In this document: positions 9,018-18,926 of the stretch, piece by piece
How the letters are laid out: each line of letters begins with the position of its first letter
Position numbering within the stretch: position 1 is the first letter of the stretch
Assembly: GCA_038207335.1 (NCBI GenBank)
Contig: JBBQZX010000002.1
Span: forward strand, 274,577 to 338,576
Length of the DNA: 64,000 bases
Direction: 5' to 3'
DNA from: Chthoniobacterales bacterium
GTDB taxonomy: Bacteria; Verrucomicrobiota; Verrucomicrobiia; Chthoniobacterales; Chthoniobacteraceae
Made by a program: the position numbers and the translations under genes
Notes under the pieces: generated by a model
What the model saw: the letters and a program-made list of their open reading frames with translations, nothing else
Database searches by the model: none
Told to the model about the DNA's origin: nothing

Positions 9018-12000
9018 TTAGGGAAAGACGGTGAAGAGGTTGTCGTGGTCGAAGAGCGAAATGCCGTTGTAGTAGGCCTCTGGCGTGAAGTTGAGGTTCT
9101 TCTGGACGAGCACTTTCGCAGCGATGAGCCCGTCGATGACGGTATCGCCCGCGTCGATCTGCCCGTTGCTGTTGGCATCGGTCCAGTTGAACTTGTTGCC
9201 GTCTTCGCGAGTCGGATCCATCGCGGCACCGACGAGGTTGCCAACGGCATACCGGGCTGCGATGTAGGCGCGATATTTCGGATCGCCCGTAGTTTCGGTG
9301 GTATCGAGGTCGCCTTGGGCAACATCAAGGAGATCGGTGACGATCGAGAGTGTGTTGCTCGTATATTGGCCGATGATGATGTTATCGACCTTCTCGACGA
9401 GCTGCGGCAGCGCGCCTTTTCCGGCGACAATCGCCGCGATCGACTGCGCCACGACGCCCGTGACGTTGCCCGCGAGCCCGGCCTTGCCCCGCGCATCCGA
9501 TGCCGTGCCTCCCGCTCCCGCGAAGAGTCCGCCCATTGTGGTGTATCCGTAGGCTTGGCCACTGCGGACGCCGACATCGAGATTGGACACCTTGAGATCG
9601 TTAATCGTGCCACCGAGCCCTCCCTTTTTCACTGCCGAGCCGCCGTCGCCCGCGGCGACGCTGCGGAAGATTGTGCCGGCGTCAATATTCTGGAGTGAAA
9701 CGGCGTTCACCGATCCTCCTTTGCCGCCATTTTTCGCGACATCGCTGGAACCGCCATCGCCTGCCGTGATCGTGAGAAGCGCGCCGAGATGTCCACCGCG
9801 CTCGAGGATAAGCCCGTTGATCGAGCCTCCCGCTCCGGTCTTATTAACGCCAGGGGTCCCACCACCGTTGCCTGCTGCGATGGTGGTGGTGAACATCGGC
9901 GGTATCGCCTGCGTCGTGTCGGTGCTCGCGACCGCTCCGACCACGTCGAAGATCGAGCCGCCTGAGCCGGCTTTGCTGCCCTCCGCCGAGCCGTTCCCGG
10001 CTTGGATCGTGATGTTGCCGATCGGTGTAGGCGTCAGATCCTCCTCCGCACTGCCGTAGCCGAGATATTTAATCGAACCGCCGCTGCCGCCATGCGTGCC
10101 ATTGCCGGCATTCACCATGAGGTCATTCTTTGCAAAAAGGCCCGATTGCTTGTCCGAAGAGGTGCCTTGGATGTTCCCGCCGTTTCCAGCACCGACGCCG
10201 TTCAAGCCGCCATTGCCAGCCTGCAAAATGCCTGTCCCCACACTGGAAAACCCACCCGAAACGAGGATCGAGCCTCCGGTGCCCGCGGCTTTCAAGTCGC
10301 CGCTTCCGCCATCGCCCGCAGTGAGGCTGACAGAGCCCTTCGCGTTGAGATTCGCCGAGCGAATGTCTCCGCCTTTTCCACCACTGCCCTTTTTCCCGGC
10401 ACCATCGCCACCGACGCCGGAACGCAGGGCACCTGTCACAGGCAAACCGTTCACGGAATCGTCGATCGAAACCGCGAGTCCGTCGATCGTCCCGCCGTTG
10501 CCGCCTTTGCCGTTCAAAGTCGCGTTGCCGCCATGGCCCGCTTGAAGGTCAGCGGTCAGATCCTGCGCATCGACGTTCGATTTCGTGACCGCACCGCCAT
10601 TGCCGCCTCCCTTTTCGCCATTTCCACCGTCGCCGGCGCGCAGTGTGAAGTCGCCTTGGAAGCTATTGGCACCGGTGCTGTCGAAATCGGAAATCCGCAG
10701 CAGATTCACCGTGCCACCGTTGCCGCCACGCCCGCCCGTGCTGTCGCCACCGTTCGCTTGAGTGCCTTGGTTGACCCGCAGCACCGAGAAGTCACCGTTG
10801 ACGACAAGAACGTCGTTGATCTGGCCGCCGTTGCCACCGTTGCCACCCGTTCCGTCGCCGCCGAAGCCGGCGCTGATTTCCGCGTTATGCGCGAGCACCG
10901 TCTCGCCTTGCTCGATAGTGATGCTTTTGAGCGAGCCACCAAGTCCGCCCGTTTTTCCGGGAGAACCGTCGCCACCGATAATCCGGAAATCCGAGCCGAG
11001 CACCGTGATGTCCGTGAGATTGCCGCCGTTACCGCCTTTCGCAAACGTCAGAGCCGCGCCGCCAGCGCCACCTTGCAACAAGAGATCGCTATCCGGTGTG
11101 AGAACGTTGTTGCTGATGTCGGCATTGGACACCGAGCCGCCATTGCCCGCCTTACCCGATTTAGCAAAGACGTTATTTCCACCTGCTCCGCCGATCACCG
11201 CGAACTCATCGCCCGCGATATCGCCCGTGGAGTAGCGCGCAGTGACGCCGGTAACACTCGCTCCGCTGCCACCGTTTTTCCCGTCCCCACCCGCACCGCC
11301 AGCGATCAAATAGTTATCGATCGGCAATTCATCGCTAAAGAACGGCTTGCCGGAGAGAAGCTGGTATCCGACGAATACATTGCTGATCTTCCCGCCTGCG
11401 CCGCCCTTCCCGGAAACCGAACTGCCGCCATTGCCGGATAGGATCTGCACAAGATCGTTCGGGGTCGGATCGCTCTTCGCGCCAGCGATCAGCACGTTAT
11501 TGATCGTGCCGCCAGCCCCGCCCGTGTTATTCGCATTCAGACCGTCTCCACCCCCGCCAGATTTCAAAATGAAACCATCGGAGTCGGAGGTGACCTGAAT
11601 CTTGTCAAGCGAGCCACCCTTCGCGTTGTTACCACCGACGCCCGCCTCGATGAGCGAACCGTAGTTGCCAGAAAGAGGATCGGAGTCGTCCACCACGTAG
11701 CCCGCGACGCCATTCACGGACACATTCGTGATGCTCGGGCCCGTCTTTTTGATCGGCTGCACGACATTCAACACTCCATCGCCACCCGCCACACCAGGGA
11801 AGAAATCGATGCGATGCCCGCTCGCCGCTGTCCCGGTCAGGATCGAACCGACATTGCCATTTACGACGACGTTTTGAATGTTCCCGCCGGAGATGATCGC
11901 ACGTCCCACGCCGCCGCCGCCGACGACAAGTCCTTTGATTCCCTGCTTCTCCGATACCAAGCCCGACATCGACACCGTGTCGTCCGAGAGGTTTTTCGTT

Positions 12001-12500
12001 CCGCGCTCGTCGAGATTGCTCACGATGTCGCCATCGATGCTCCCTTTCAGGACGACGCTGGCGTTCTTACCGAGCGACAGGCCCGTGAGCTCGTTGAAAT
12101 CCACCTCATTGTTGAAATTCTTGTCCACAAAAAAGGCCACCACGTTGCCCTGCTTCACCTCCAGATAATTGCTAATGCCGTCCGCCCCGAAAATCTGGAC
12201 GACATCGCCCTTGCCCAGCCGCAGGTAGAATGTATCCGCCGCTTCATTATGTGAAAACGGGCTCTCGCCCGGCCCGGGCGTCGTGGCCGGATTGTCCACC
12301 GTATTGCCTGGCCCGACCGCCGCAGAAATCGGGTCGGATGGATTCGCCTGTGTATCGACAAAAAGATTGTCCGCCGGATTCGCCTCGCGGTAGTTCGTAT
12401 CGTTTCCCTGAAAATCAGGGATGCCGACAATGATGACGCGGGCGGGGGCGATGCGCGATTCGAGGGGTTCGATCGTGCCGGAGGAGAATATGCGCTTCAT
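9018..12500 (-). CDS. About 1160-aa exported Gly-rich repeat protein with LExRIAPA leader, paralogue of the downstream gene
   Basis: MKRIFSSGTIEPLESRIAPA; long run of AGxGG...GGxGGxI repeats; N- and C-terminal domains resemble those of 4093-8994. Confidence 0.85.
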   Translation of the reverse strand: MKRIFSSGTIEPLESRIAPARVIIVGIPDFQGNDTNYREANPADNLFVDTQANPSDPISAAVGPGNTVDNPATTPGPGESPFSHNEAADTFYLRLGKGDVVQIFGADGISNYLEVKQGNVVAFFVDKNFNNEVDFNELTGLSLGKNASVVLKGSIDGDIVSNLDERGTKNLSDDTVSMSGLVSEKQGIKGLVVGGGGVGRAIISGGNIQNVVVNGNVGSILTGTAASGHRIDFFPGVAGGDGVLNVVQPIKKTGPSITNVSVNGVAGYVVDDSDPLSGNYGSLIEAGVGGNNAKGGSLDKIQVTSDSDGFILKSGGGGDGLNANNTGGAGGTINNVLIAGAKSDPTPNDLVQILSGNGGSSVSGKGGAGGKISNVFVGYQLLSGKPFFSDELPIDNYLIAGGAGGDGKNGGSGASVTGVTARYSTGDIAGDEFAVIGGAGGNNVFAKSGKAGNGGSVSNADISNNVLTPDSDLLLQGGAGGAALTFAKGGNGGNLTDITVLGSDFRIIGGDGSPGKTGGLGGSLKSITIEQGETVLAHNAEISAGFGGDGTGGNGGNGGQINDVLVVNGDFSVLRVNQGTQANGGDSTGGRGGNGGTVNLLRISDFDSTGANSFQGDFTLRAGDGGNGEKGGGNGGAVTKSNVDAQDLTADLQAGHGGNATLNGKGGNGGTIDGLAVSIDDSVNGLPVTGALRSGVGGDGAGKKGSGGKGGDIRSANLNAKGSVSLTAGDGGSGDLKAAGTGGSILVSGGFSSVGTGILQAGNGGLNGVGAGNGGNIQGTSSDKQSGLFAKNDLMVNAGNGTHGGSGGSIKYLGYGSAEEDLTPTPIGNITIQAGNGSAEGSKAGSGGSIFDVVGAVASTDTTQAIPPMFTTTIAAGNGGGTPGVNKTGAGGSINGLILERGGHLGALLTITAGDGGSSDVAKNGGKGGSVNAVSLQNIDAGTIFRSVAAGDGGSAVKKGGLGGTINDLKVSNLDVGVRSGQAYGYTTMGGLFAGAGGTASDARGKAGLAGNVTGVVAQSIAAIVAGKGALPQLVEKVDNIIIGQYTSNTLSIVTDLLDVAQGDLDTTETTGDPKYRAYIAARYAVGNLVGAAMDPTREDGNKFNWTDANSNGQIDAGDTVIDGLIAAKVLVQKNLNFTPEAYYNGISLFDHDNLFTVFP

Positions 12501-12636
12501 GGTGTGGATGACTGGTAAACTGTGGGAAAAGGAATTCAACAGAAAAGATAAATTTTTTTATCATTGACCACCGATCACTCGAGGATCGCGGTGATTTTCA
12601 CAGGAGAGAGTGGCCCGAGGTCGGTGATAAAGATGA

Positions 12637-12678
12637 AAAAACTCCAGCTCTCCCCGGATTGTGGAGAACTGGAGTTTT
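12637..12678 (-). terminator. Rho-independent terminator after the DUF3467-like gene
   Basis: Minus strand AAAACTCCAGTTCTCC-loop-GGAGAGCTGGAGTTTTTT. Confidence 0.75.
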
Positions 12679-12755
12679 CGCATCGAGCCTGCGGACCGGG
12701 GGATCGGCAACTGGACTTTGAGCTGGCCATCAGACGGGCAGCCCGCACTTTTTTC

Positions 12756-13067
12756 TTACGACTGCGGAGCCGGCTGGTTCTTCAGGCGTTTCGTGACATC
12801 GAGCTCGATGCTCCCGTAGCGAGCCTCGTAGTTTTGGATCGTTGCAGTCAGATGGAGGCAGAGACGCTTCGCCGCGTCATGCGAGAGGATCACGCGATTG
12901 TCGAGCTTCAGCGGTTCATCGAGGATGTTGCCAAAAAAATTGGGATTCAGTCCGAAATCGACGATGACCTCGTTCGGCGTCTGCGCGATCCGGCAGACGT
13001 TCGCATAGCTGGTGCGCAGGTTGCTAACGTCGATTTGGGGGGCGGTGGGTTTAGTTTCTTCGCTCAT
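12756..13067 (-). CDS. DUF3467-family protein
   Basis: YANVCRIAQTPNEVIVDFG...RVILSHDAAKRL...YEARYGSI matches the family pattern as I recall it. Confidence 0.8.
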   Translation of the reverse strand: MSEETKPTAPQIDVSNLRTSYANVCRIAQTPNEVIVDFGLNPNFFGNILDEPLKLDNRVILSHDAAKRLCLHLTATIQNYEARYGSIELDVTKRLKNQPAPQS

Positions 13068-13169
13068 GATGGGGTTAAAAAGATTTTCGGAGCGGGAGAA
13101 CTAACGGAGCCTATGTGCAGTCGCAAACTTTTTCTGCCTTGAAACGCTCGTCTCCGCTATTCTGCGCCG

Positions 13170-13700
13170 GTGGAGACCACCCCCGCGATGCTTCTGCGGA
13201 AAACCAAGCTGACCGAGACAAGCCTCATCATTACCTGGTTCACCGCCGCACACGGAAAAATCAAGACGGTCGCAAAAGGCGCACGCGCGCCGAAAAGCCG
13301 CTTTGCAGGGTCGCTTGATCTCTTTTTCGACTGCGAAATCGACCTCGTCCGCAGCAAGAAAAGCGAGCTTCACATCCTGCGCGAGGTCGTCGTGAAAAAC
13401 GCGCACGTCGGCCTCCGCAGCGAGTTTGACCGCGTCGCCGCTGCCGCCTATTTCGTCGAACTCATCGAACTCGTCACTGAGCCCGACCATCCTGCGCCCG
13501 AGCTCTACGACCTGCTTCAGCGCGCATTCTTCCACCTCAGCGCCAACGCCGCATCGAAGCGCGCGCTCCTCCATTTCGAGTTCGAACTCGCGCGACTCCT
13601 CGGCATCCAGCATCCCTCCGCCACCGCCGCCATCGCGCTCGGCCGCACCTATCACCACCTCCCCGCCGCCCGCGCGGGACTCTTGAAGCGGCTGCTGTGA
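13170..13700 (+). CDS. recO: DNA repair protein RecO (short form)
   Basis: LTETSLIITWFT..HGKIKTVAKGARAPKSRFAGSLDLF. Confidence 0.9.
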   Translation: METTPAMLLRKTKLTETSLIITWFTAAHGKIKTVAKGARAPKSRFAGSLDLFFDCEIDLVRSKKSELHILREVVVKNAHVGLRSEFDRVAAAAYFVELIELVTEPDHPAPELYDLLQRAFFHLSANAASKRALLHFEFELARLLGIQHPSATAAIALGRTYHHLPAARAGLLKRLL

Positions 13701-13709
13701 ACCACTGCA

Positions 13710-13734
13710 GCCAGGATTACTGATCCCCGCTACA
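13710..13734. repeat. Degenerate GTAG-type REP copy (inverted)
   Basis: Reverse complement TGTAGCGGGGATCAGTAATCCTGGC versus CGTAGTCGGGATCGGTGATCCCGGC at 825-849 (19/25 identical). Confidence 0.45.
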
Positions 13735-13774
13735 GCTTGACGCTCCCTCCCACACGCCGGACGCTGCGCTCAAA

Positions 13775-14569
13775 ATGCTCCCACTTTCCGGCACCGATTT
13801 TCCTGACTCCTCCCCCACCCTTGCTGCCGCCCTCGCTCGTGGCTTGGAAAATCACGGCGTCACCGTGCGCACCGTGCAAGCCGAGGGCGGCGCATTTCCA
13901 GCGATCGAAACCCTGCGCCTCGACCTGACCGGCGCGAATATTACACGCGACCTGAAACTCTCGCACGAGAGCGCCCCGGCATCCGCCGAGATTCGCGTCG
14001 CAAATCTCTCGCTCATCGCCGCTCCACTCCTCCTCGAAAACACGCCCGTCCAGTTCGACCTCCACGCCACCCACGCCACACTCGCCCTCTCGCGGAACTC
14101 CGACGGACAGATCCTCCTGACACCCACGAGCGTCGCAGACGGCACGCTCACCGTCGCCACTGCACGCATAGACTTGGAGCGCCTCGCCCACTCGCTCATC
14201 TCCGAGGCGGCTGGAAAACAAGGCATTCAGATCAAGGAAACCCGGCTCGGATTCACGCAAATCACGGCCCGCGCCGTCGGCTTCAAAGCGGAGATCAGCG
14301 CGAAGATGTTCGTCATGTCCGCGAAGATCGCCGTCACCGGAAAACTCGAGATCGATGACAAACTCGAAGCCCGCATCTCCAATCTCGGGTGCACAGGCGA
14401 AGGCATGATCGCAAGCGCAGCGAACGCCCTGTTGAAGCCGCACTTCCAACGACTCGAAGGTCGCACATTTCCCCTGCTCGCAATCCGTCTCGGCGAAATC
14501 AGCCTCCGCGATTTCGCCATCATCGCCGGCGAAACCCTCCAAATCCGCGCTCACTTCGGAACTGCGTAA
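13775..14569 (+). CDS. Hypothetical protein, beta-rich
   Basis: 264-aa ORF with genome-like codon usage, downstream of recO. Confidence 0.75.
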   Translation: MLPLSGTDFPDSSPTLAAALARGLENHGVTVRTVQAEGGAFPAIETLRLDLTGANITRDLKLSHESAPASAEIRVANLSLIAAPLLLENTPVQFDLHATHATLALSRNSDGQILLTPTSVADGTLTVATARIDLERLAHSLISEAAGKQGIQIKETRLGFTQITARAVGFKAEISAKMFVMSAKIAVTGKLEIDDKLEARISNLGCTGEGMIASAANALLKPHFQRLEGRTFPLLAIRLGEISLRDFAIIAGETLQIRAHFGTA

Positions 14570-14611
14570 CGCGGGCCATCCCGCTCGGAACCTCGGGGGC
14601 TAAATGTCCCC

Positions 14612-16795
14612 TTACTTCGCCTTCGCCGTCGCCGGCACTTTCGCGCCGTGCGAAAACTCGACCAAGTCGGAGAGGACGTTCAGCGCTTCATTTCTGACTT
14701 CATCGACCATCGGCTTCTTTGGCTTCGCATCATCATCCGCGTCATCATCGTCCTCGGCTCCCGTCACCGATTTCTCTTCCGCATCAACCGTCCCGTCTTT
14801 CTTCTCCTCGTTGGTCACTAGTTGCAATTCCGGCTTGGACACATTGTCGAGCGTGATCGTGAACCGCTTCGGCTCCGGCACTTCCCGTTTCGCTCGTTCG
14901 GCGATTCGCTTCTCTTTCCTCGCCTTCTCCTCCTCAATCTCCGCTCGGCGCTTCTCGACGTTCAGGCTTACGCTATTCTCCGCGATCCGCTTCTTTGATT
15001 GGTCGAGGTCTTCCGTGATGTAGCCGAATTCAGGATCGACTGCGACCCGAGCCGCCGAACGCTGCCGCAACTCCGGCTTGTAAAGCGGCTTGTCCACGCG
15101 GTCATATTGCACGGGGTCCACCGTGTCATAAGGCATCGGCCCTTTCATTGCCGACTCCCCGATTTCGGGATGATCGAACGGAGACGGAATCTTCACATCC
15201 GGCTCCACTCCGCGGAGCTGAGTCGAACCACCGGCGACCCGGTAAAATTTCTGGATCGTCAGCTTCAAAGCGCCCGCTTCGTTCGTGCCGCCGCCGAGGA
15301 ACGGCATGATGCGTCCGATTTCCAGCATCGTCTGCACCGTCCCTTTTCCAAACGTGCTCGAGTCGCCGACGATCACCGCGCGATTGTAGTCCTGCAGCGC
15401 TGCCGCGAAAATCTCGCTCGCCGACGCGCTCAGCCGATTGGTCAGCACGACCATCGGTCCGTCGTAGGCAATCATCGAGTTGTTATCCTTTGAGATATGC
15501 TGGCTGCCGTTGCTGTCTTTCGACTGGACGACCGGACCGCGCTTGATGAATAGCCCGGTGAGATTGACGGCTTCCTCTAGCGAGCCGCCGCCATTGCGCC
15601 GCAGGTCCATCACGAGGCCGGTGATTCCCTCCTGCTTCAGCCGGTTCAGCAGCGCAAGCACATCTTTCGTCGTGCTCTTCGCGCCCGCCGCACCGCTGTG
15701 CTCCATGTCCGCATAAAACGACGGCAACGTGATCCAACCCAGCCGCTGCACCGAGCCATCCGGTTGCGGACGCTCGATGATTTCCGCCTTCGCCTCCTGC
15801 TCCTTGAGTTTGATCTCGTCGCGCTTGATCTCGATGATTTTGCGCGTCGAGGGGTCCGCCGCATTCACCGGAATCACCTGCAGCCGCACGTTCGTGTCCT
15901 TTTTTCCGCGGATCATCTCGACCACTTTGTCGAGTTTCATATCCATCGCATCCACGAAGTCCTCCGCTCCCTGCGCCACCGCCACCACACGGTCGCCCAC
16001 TTTGAGATGCCCCTCTTTCGCCGCAGGTCCACCGGGCACGAGTTCCATGATTTTCGCATAACCCTCCTCCGAGTGCAGCACCGCGCCGATGCCCACCAGC
16101 GAGAGCCGCATATTGATCGAGAAATTTTCCAGCTCCGACCGGCTCATATACTCGCTGTGCGGGTCATAGGTCTGCGCGAGGACGGTGAGAAAAGTCTTGA
16201 CGACATCTTCCTTAGTCTGCTCGTGCAAATTTCGCAAAAGCTGATCGTAGCGGCGCGCAAGCACCTTCACTGGCGGGTCGATTTTGTGTTTGTTCAGCGT
16301 CTCCTGAAGCAGTTCGCCCTCGACTCGGTCGGTCCAGATTTTATCCGCATCAGCCGCGTCTTTCGGCCAAGGCGCCTTCTGCCGATTGATCTCCACCGTG
16401 CGGTCCGTCTTGAACTCGTAATCCCTTTTCAGCAGTTCCTTCACCTGCGCCACGCGATCCTCCACGCGCTTTTTATAGACGTCGTAAATCGCATACGCAG
16501 CATCCGGATTTCCGAGGAGAATATCGTCATCGAGCGTGGTCGCGTATTTTTTCGTGAAGCCATCGACATCGCCCTGCATGAAGAAAAGGTGATTGTAGTC
16601 GAGCCCTTCGAGGAAGTTTTTCAGAAGCTGCTGCGAGACTTTGTCATCGAGCTTTTTGCGGCTGTAATGCCCCTGCTCGAGCAGCCTCCCCACCGAGATT
16701 TCGATTTGCCCGGGATCCGGCTCTTCGGCGGCCAGAGGACCGGCAGAGACGCACAATGCCGCCAGCGGCAAGAGGAGAAAGCGGAGATGCTTCAT
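14612..16795 (-). CDS. prc: Carboxy-terminal processing protease (S41, Prc/Tsp)
   Basis: Signal peptide, [47 protein letters not shown]. Confidence 0.95.
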   Translation of the reverse strand: MKHLRFLLLPLAALCVSAGPLAAEEPDPGQIEISVGRLLEQGHYSRKKLDDKVSQQLLKNFLEGLDYNHLFFMQGDVDGFTKKYATTLDDDILLGNPDAAYAIYDVYKKRVEDRVAQVKELLKRDYEFKTDRTVEINRQKAPWPKDAADADKIWTDRVEGELLQETLNKHKIDPPVKVLARRYDQLLRNLHEQTKEDVVKTFLTVLAQTYDPHSEYMSRSELENFSINMRLSLVGIGAVLHSEEGYAKIMELVPGGPAAKEGHLKVGDRVVAVAQGAEDFVDAMDMKLDKVVEMIRGKKDTNVRLQVIPVNAADPSTRKIIEIKRDEIKLKEQEAKAEIIERPQPDGSVQRLGWITLPSFYADMEHSGAAGAKSTTKDVLALLNRLKQEGITGLVMDLRRNGGGSLEEAVNLTGLFIKRGPVVQSKDSNGSQHISKDNNSMIAYDGPMVVLTNRLSASASEIFAAALQDYNRAVIVGDSSTFGKGTVQTMLEIGRIMPFLGGGTNEAGALKLTIQKFYRVAGGSTQLRGVEPDVKIPSPFDHPEIGESAMKGPMPYDTVDPVQYDRVDKPLYKPELRQRSAARVAVDPEFGYITEDLDQSKKRIAENSVSLNVEKRRAEIEEEKARKEKRIAERAKREVPEPKRFTITLDNVSKPELQLVTNEEKKDGTVDAEEKSVTGAEDDDDADDDAKPKKPMVDEVRNEALNVLSDLVEFSHGAKVPATAKAK

Positions 16796-16953
16796 AGAAT
16801 TTGGACGATCGAAATGGGCGGTGACGGTGACAGGATTCGGGGAAAGAGCAAACGTGACTTACCAGCAAACGCAGACCGCGCGAGCGCCGTTTCGTTCAAG
16901 ACTCACAGCGCCTTGCGCGACAGCGCGGTAGCGTGTCAACTCCCGCCCTTTCG

Positions 16954-17571
16954 ATGAAACTCGATACATTCACCGGGGGAATCTTTGACACGAATTGTTT
17001 CTACCTCGAGGGGGCGCGCATCCTCATCGACGCGCCGCAGGACGCCGCCGCGTGGCTCGCCGAGCGCGGACACAAGATCGAACTGCTGCTGCTCACCCAC
17101 GGCCACATCGACCACGTCGTCGATGCCGCGCGCATCCAGCGCGAGCACGGCTGCCGCGTCGGATACCATCGCGAAAGCGAGCAAATGCTCATCGATCCGC
17201 TCTTCTTTAAGCGGCTCGGATTCGGCTGGGAAATCGAACCCGTCCGCGCCGATTTTTTCATTGAGGAAGCGGACGCCGTGAAATTTCAAGGCGTCGAGTT
17301 TCAAACGCTTGACGTCCCCGGCCATTGCCCCGGGAGCCTTTGTTTTCTGGCAAAGGAAGAGCGCATCCTGTTTGGCGGCGACGTTCTTTTCGCAGGCGGC
17401 GTTGGTCGCTGGGACCTGCCCGGCGGCGACGGTCCGCTGCTCTTTCGCGGCATTCGCGAAAAGATTTTCCCACTCGGTGACGACATCACCGTCCTCCCTG
17501 GCCACGGGCCCGCGACGAAGATCGGCATCGAGCGAAAATCCAATCCGTACGTCGGCGAAAGCGCCGCCTGA
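16954..17571 (+). CDS. MBL-fold metallo-hydrolase (glyoxalase II-like)
   Basis: LTHGHIDH, PGHCPGS, GDVLF, PGHG motifs. Confidence 0.92.
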   Translation: MKLDTFTGGIFDTNCFYLEGARILIDAPQDAAAWLAERGHKIELLLLTHGHIDHVVDAARIQREHGCRVGYHRESEQMLIDPLFFKRLGFGWEIEPVRADFFIEEADAVKFQGVEFQTLDVPGHCPGSLCFLAKEERILFGGDVLFAGGVGRWDLPGGDGPLLFRGIREKIFPLGDDITVLPGHGPATKIGIERKSNPYVGESAA

Positions 17572-17583
17572 AAAAACGCGCGT

Positions 17584-18782
17584 CTAAAAAAGGCCGTCGA
17601 GCTTGATCTGCGGCAGGATTTTAACCGCAAGAAAACCGAGCGCCACGACGCCCGCCGCCACCAGCGCATAGACAAGCCGCGCCACGGCGTGTGTGCCTCT
17701 CATGCGAATCACTTCGCGCCGGTGATGTTCGAGTTCGTCGTTCTGCCGGGCGATGATTCCGCGGAGCAACTCGTTGTCTTTTTTGACGCGATCGTCGCTC
17801 TCCTCCTCCGCCCGTTTTTCGGCTTCCTCCAAATGATGCCGCGTCGTTTTCAAAATCTCGCGGAGTTCGCCCCGCTCCAACTCGGACTTCACCAAATCCT
17901 CCGTCGCCTGCCGCGCAGCAGCCGCATCGCGCCGCTGCTGCGCCTCGACGTCGGCCAGCTTCACCTGCAACGCGACGAGTGCCCGCCCAGCCTTGGTTTT
18001 ATCGAGGTTCGCGCGCAGTCCCGCAGCCTCGGCCGTCAGTTCATCGCGACGTCGCGCGAGAGCTTTTCCGGCATCTTCCGAGCGTTTGAACCGATCTTGA
18101 ATCTCGCGAATTTCCCCCTCCAAAATCGGCACGCGCTCACCCTTATCCACTGCGCTCGCCAACTCCGCGCGCACCGCATCGATCCCCTTTCGCAGCATCA
18201 CGCTCTCGTCCTGAAGCGCCACGACTTCCGCTTGATCGCCCGCCCTTGCGCTTCCGCCGCAGTCAATGCGGCGTGCGCATTTTCGAGGTCCGACTCTTTC
18301 GCTGAAATCTGCGTTTCCGCCGCCGAAGCGCGCGTCCTCGCAATCGCCAAATCCTGTGTCAGAGCTGCTTCGCGAGCCGCAGCCGCCCCTTCGCGACGCG
18401 CGCTTTCAGCCTCCAGCGCCGCGGCCTTTTCCTCCAGCCCGGAGTGCCGCTGCCGGAGCTGCGCCAGTTCGGATTTCAAACCAAGCCGTTCCGCTTGAAA
18501 TGTTTTCAGCTCCGCCTGCGCATGAGTCGCCACGGACTTCAGCCGCTCGCATTCCGACACCACGGCCTCGAGATTTTCGCGGCTCTCCGTCAGGGCATCG
18601 GAGCCCCGAAGCCCCTCACCATAACTGCGGTCGTGTATCGCTCGCGCCGCCGGCACAGTCATCGTCTCGCGACAACTCGGGCATTCCACGGCAACACCCG
18701 CCGCCTCCGCAGCCGTCACAATGTGCTGCCCGCACGTCGCGCAAGCGAACTTGATTTCGTCGATCATCTCCATGGCCTCCAT
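17584..18782 (-). pseudogene. Zn-ribbon plus long coiled-coil plus C-terminal TM protein, split by a 1-bp frameshift near 18233
   Basis: CATC...CPSC N-terminus and coiled coil to ...AEAQGRA, then continues in another frame QAEVVALQDESVMLRK... to a TM tail. Confidence 0.7.
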
Positions 18783-18926
18783 GCCTCCGATCCTTGCACC
18801 GCCCACGCGCGCATTCAACGCGATTTTGCACTCACGGCGAGGGGAAAGGATTTCAACCGCGGCGGTTAAACCCCTGACGGCCCGCCGTTCTTGCCACGCC
18901 GGTACCGTGCGTTTATAAAATCCGCC

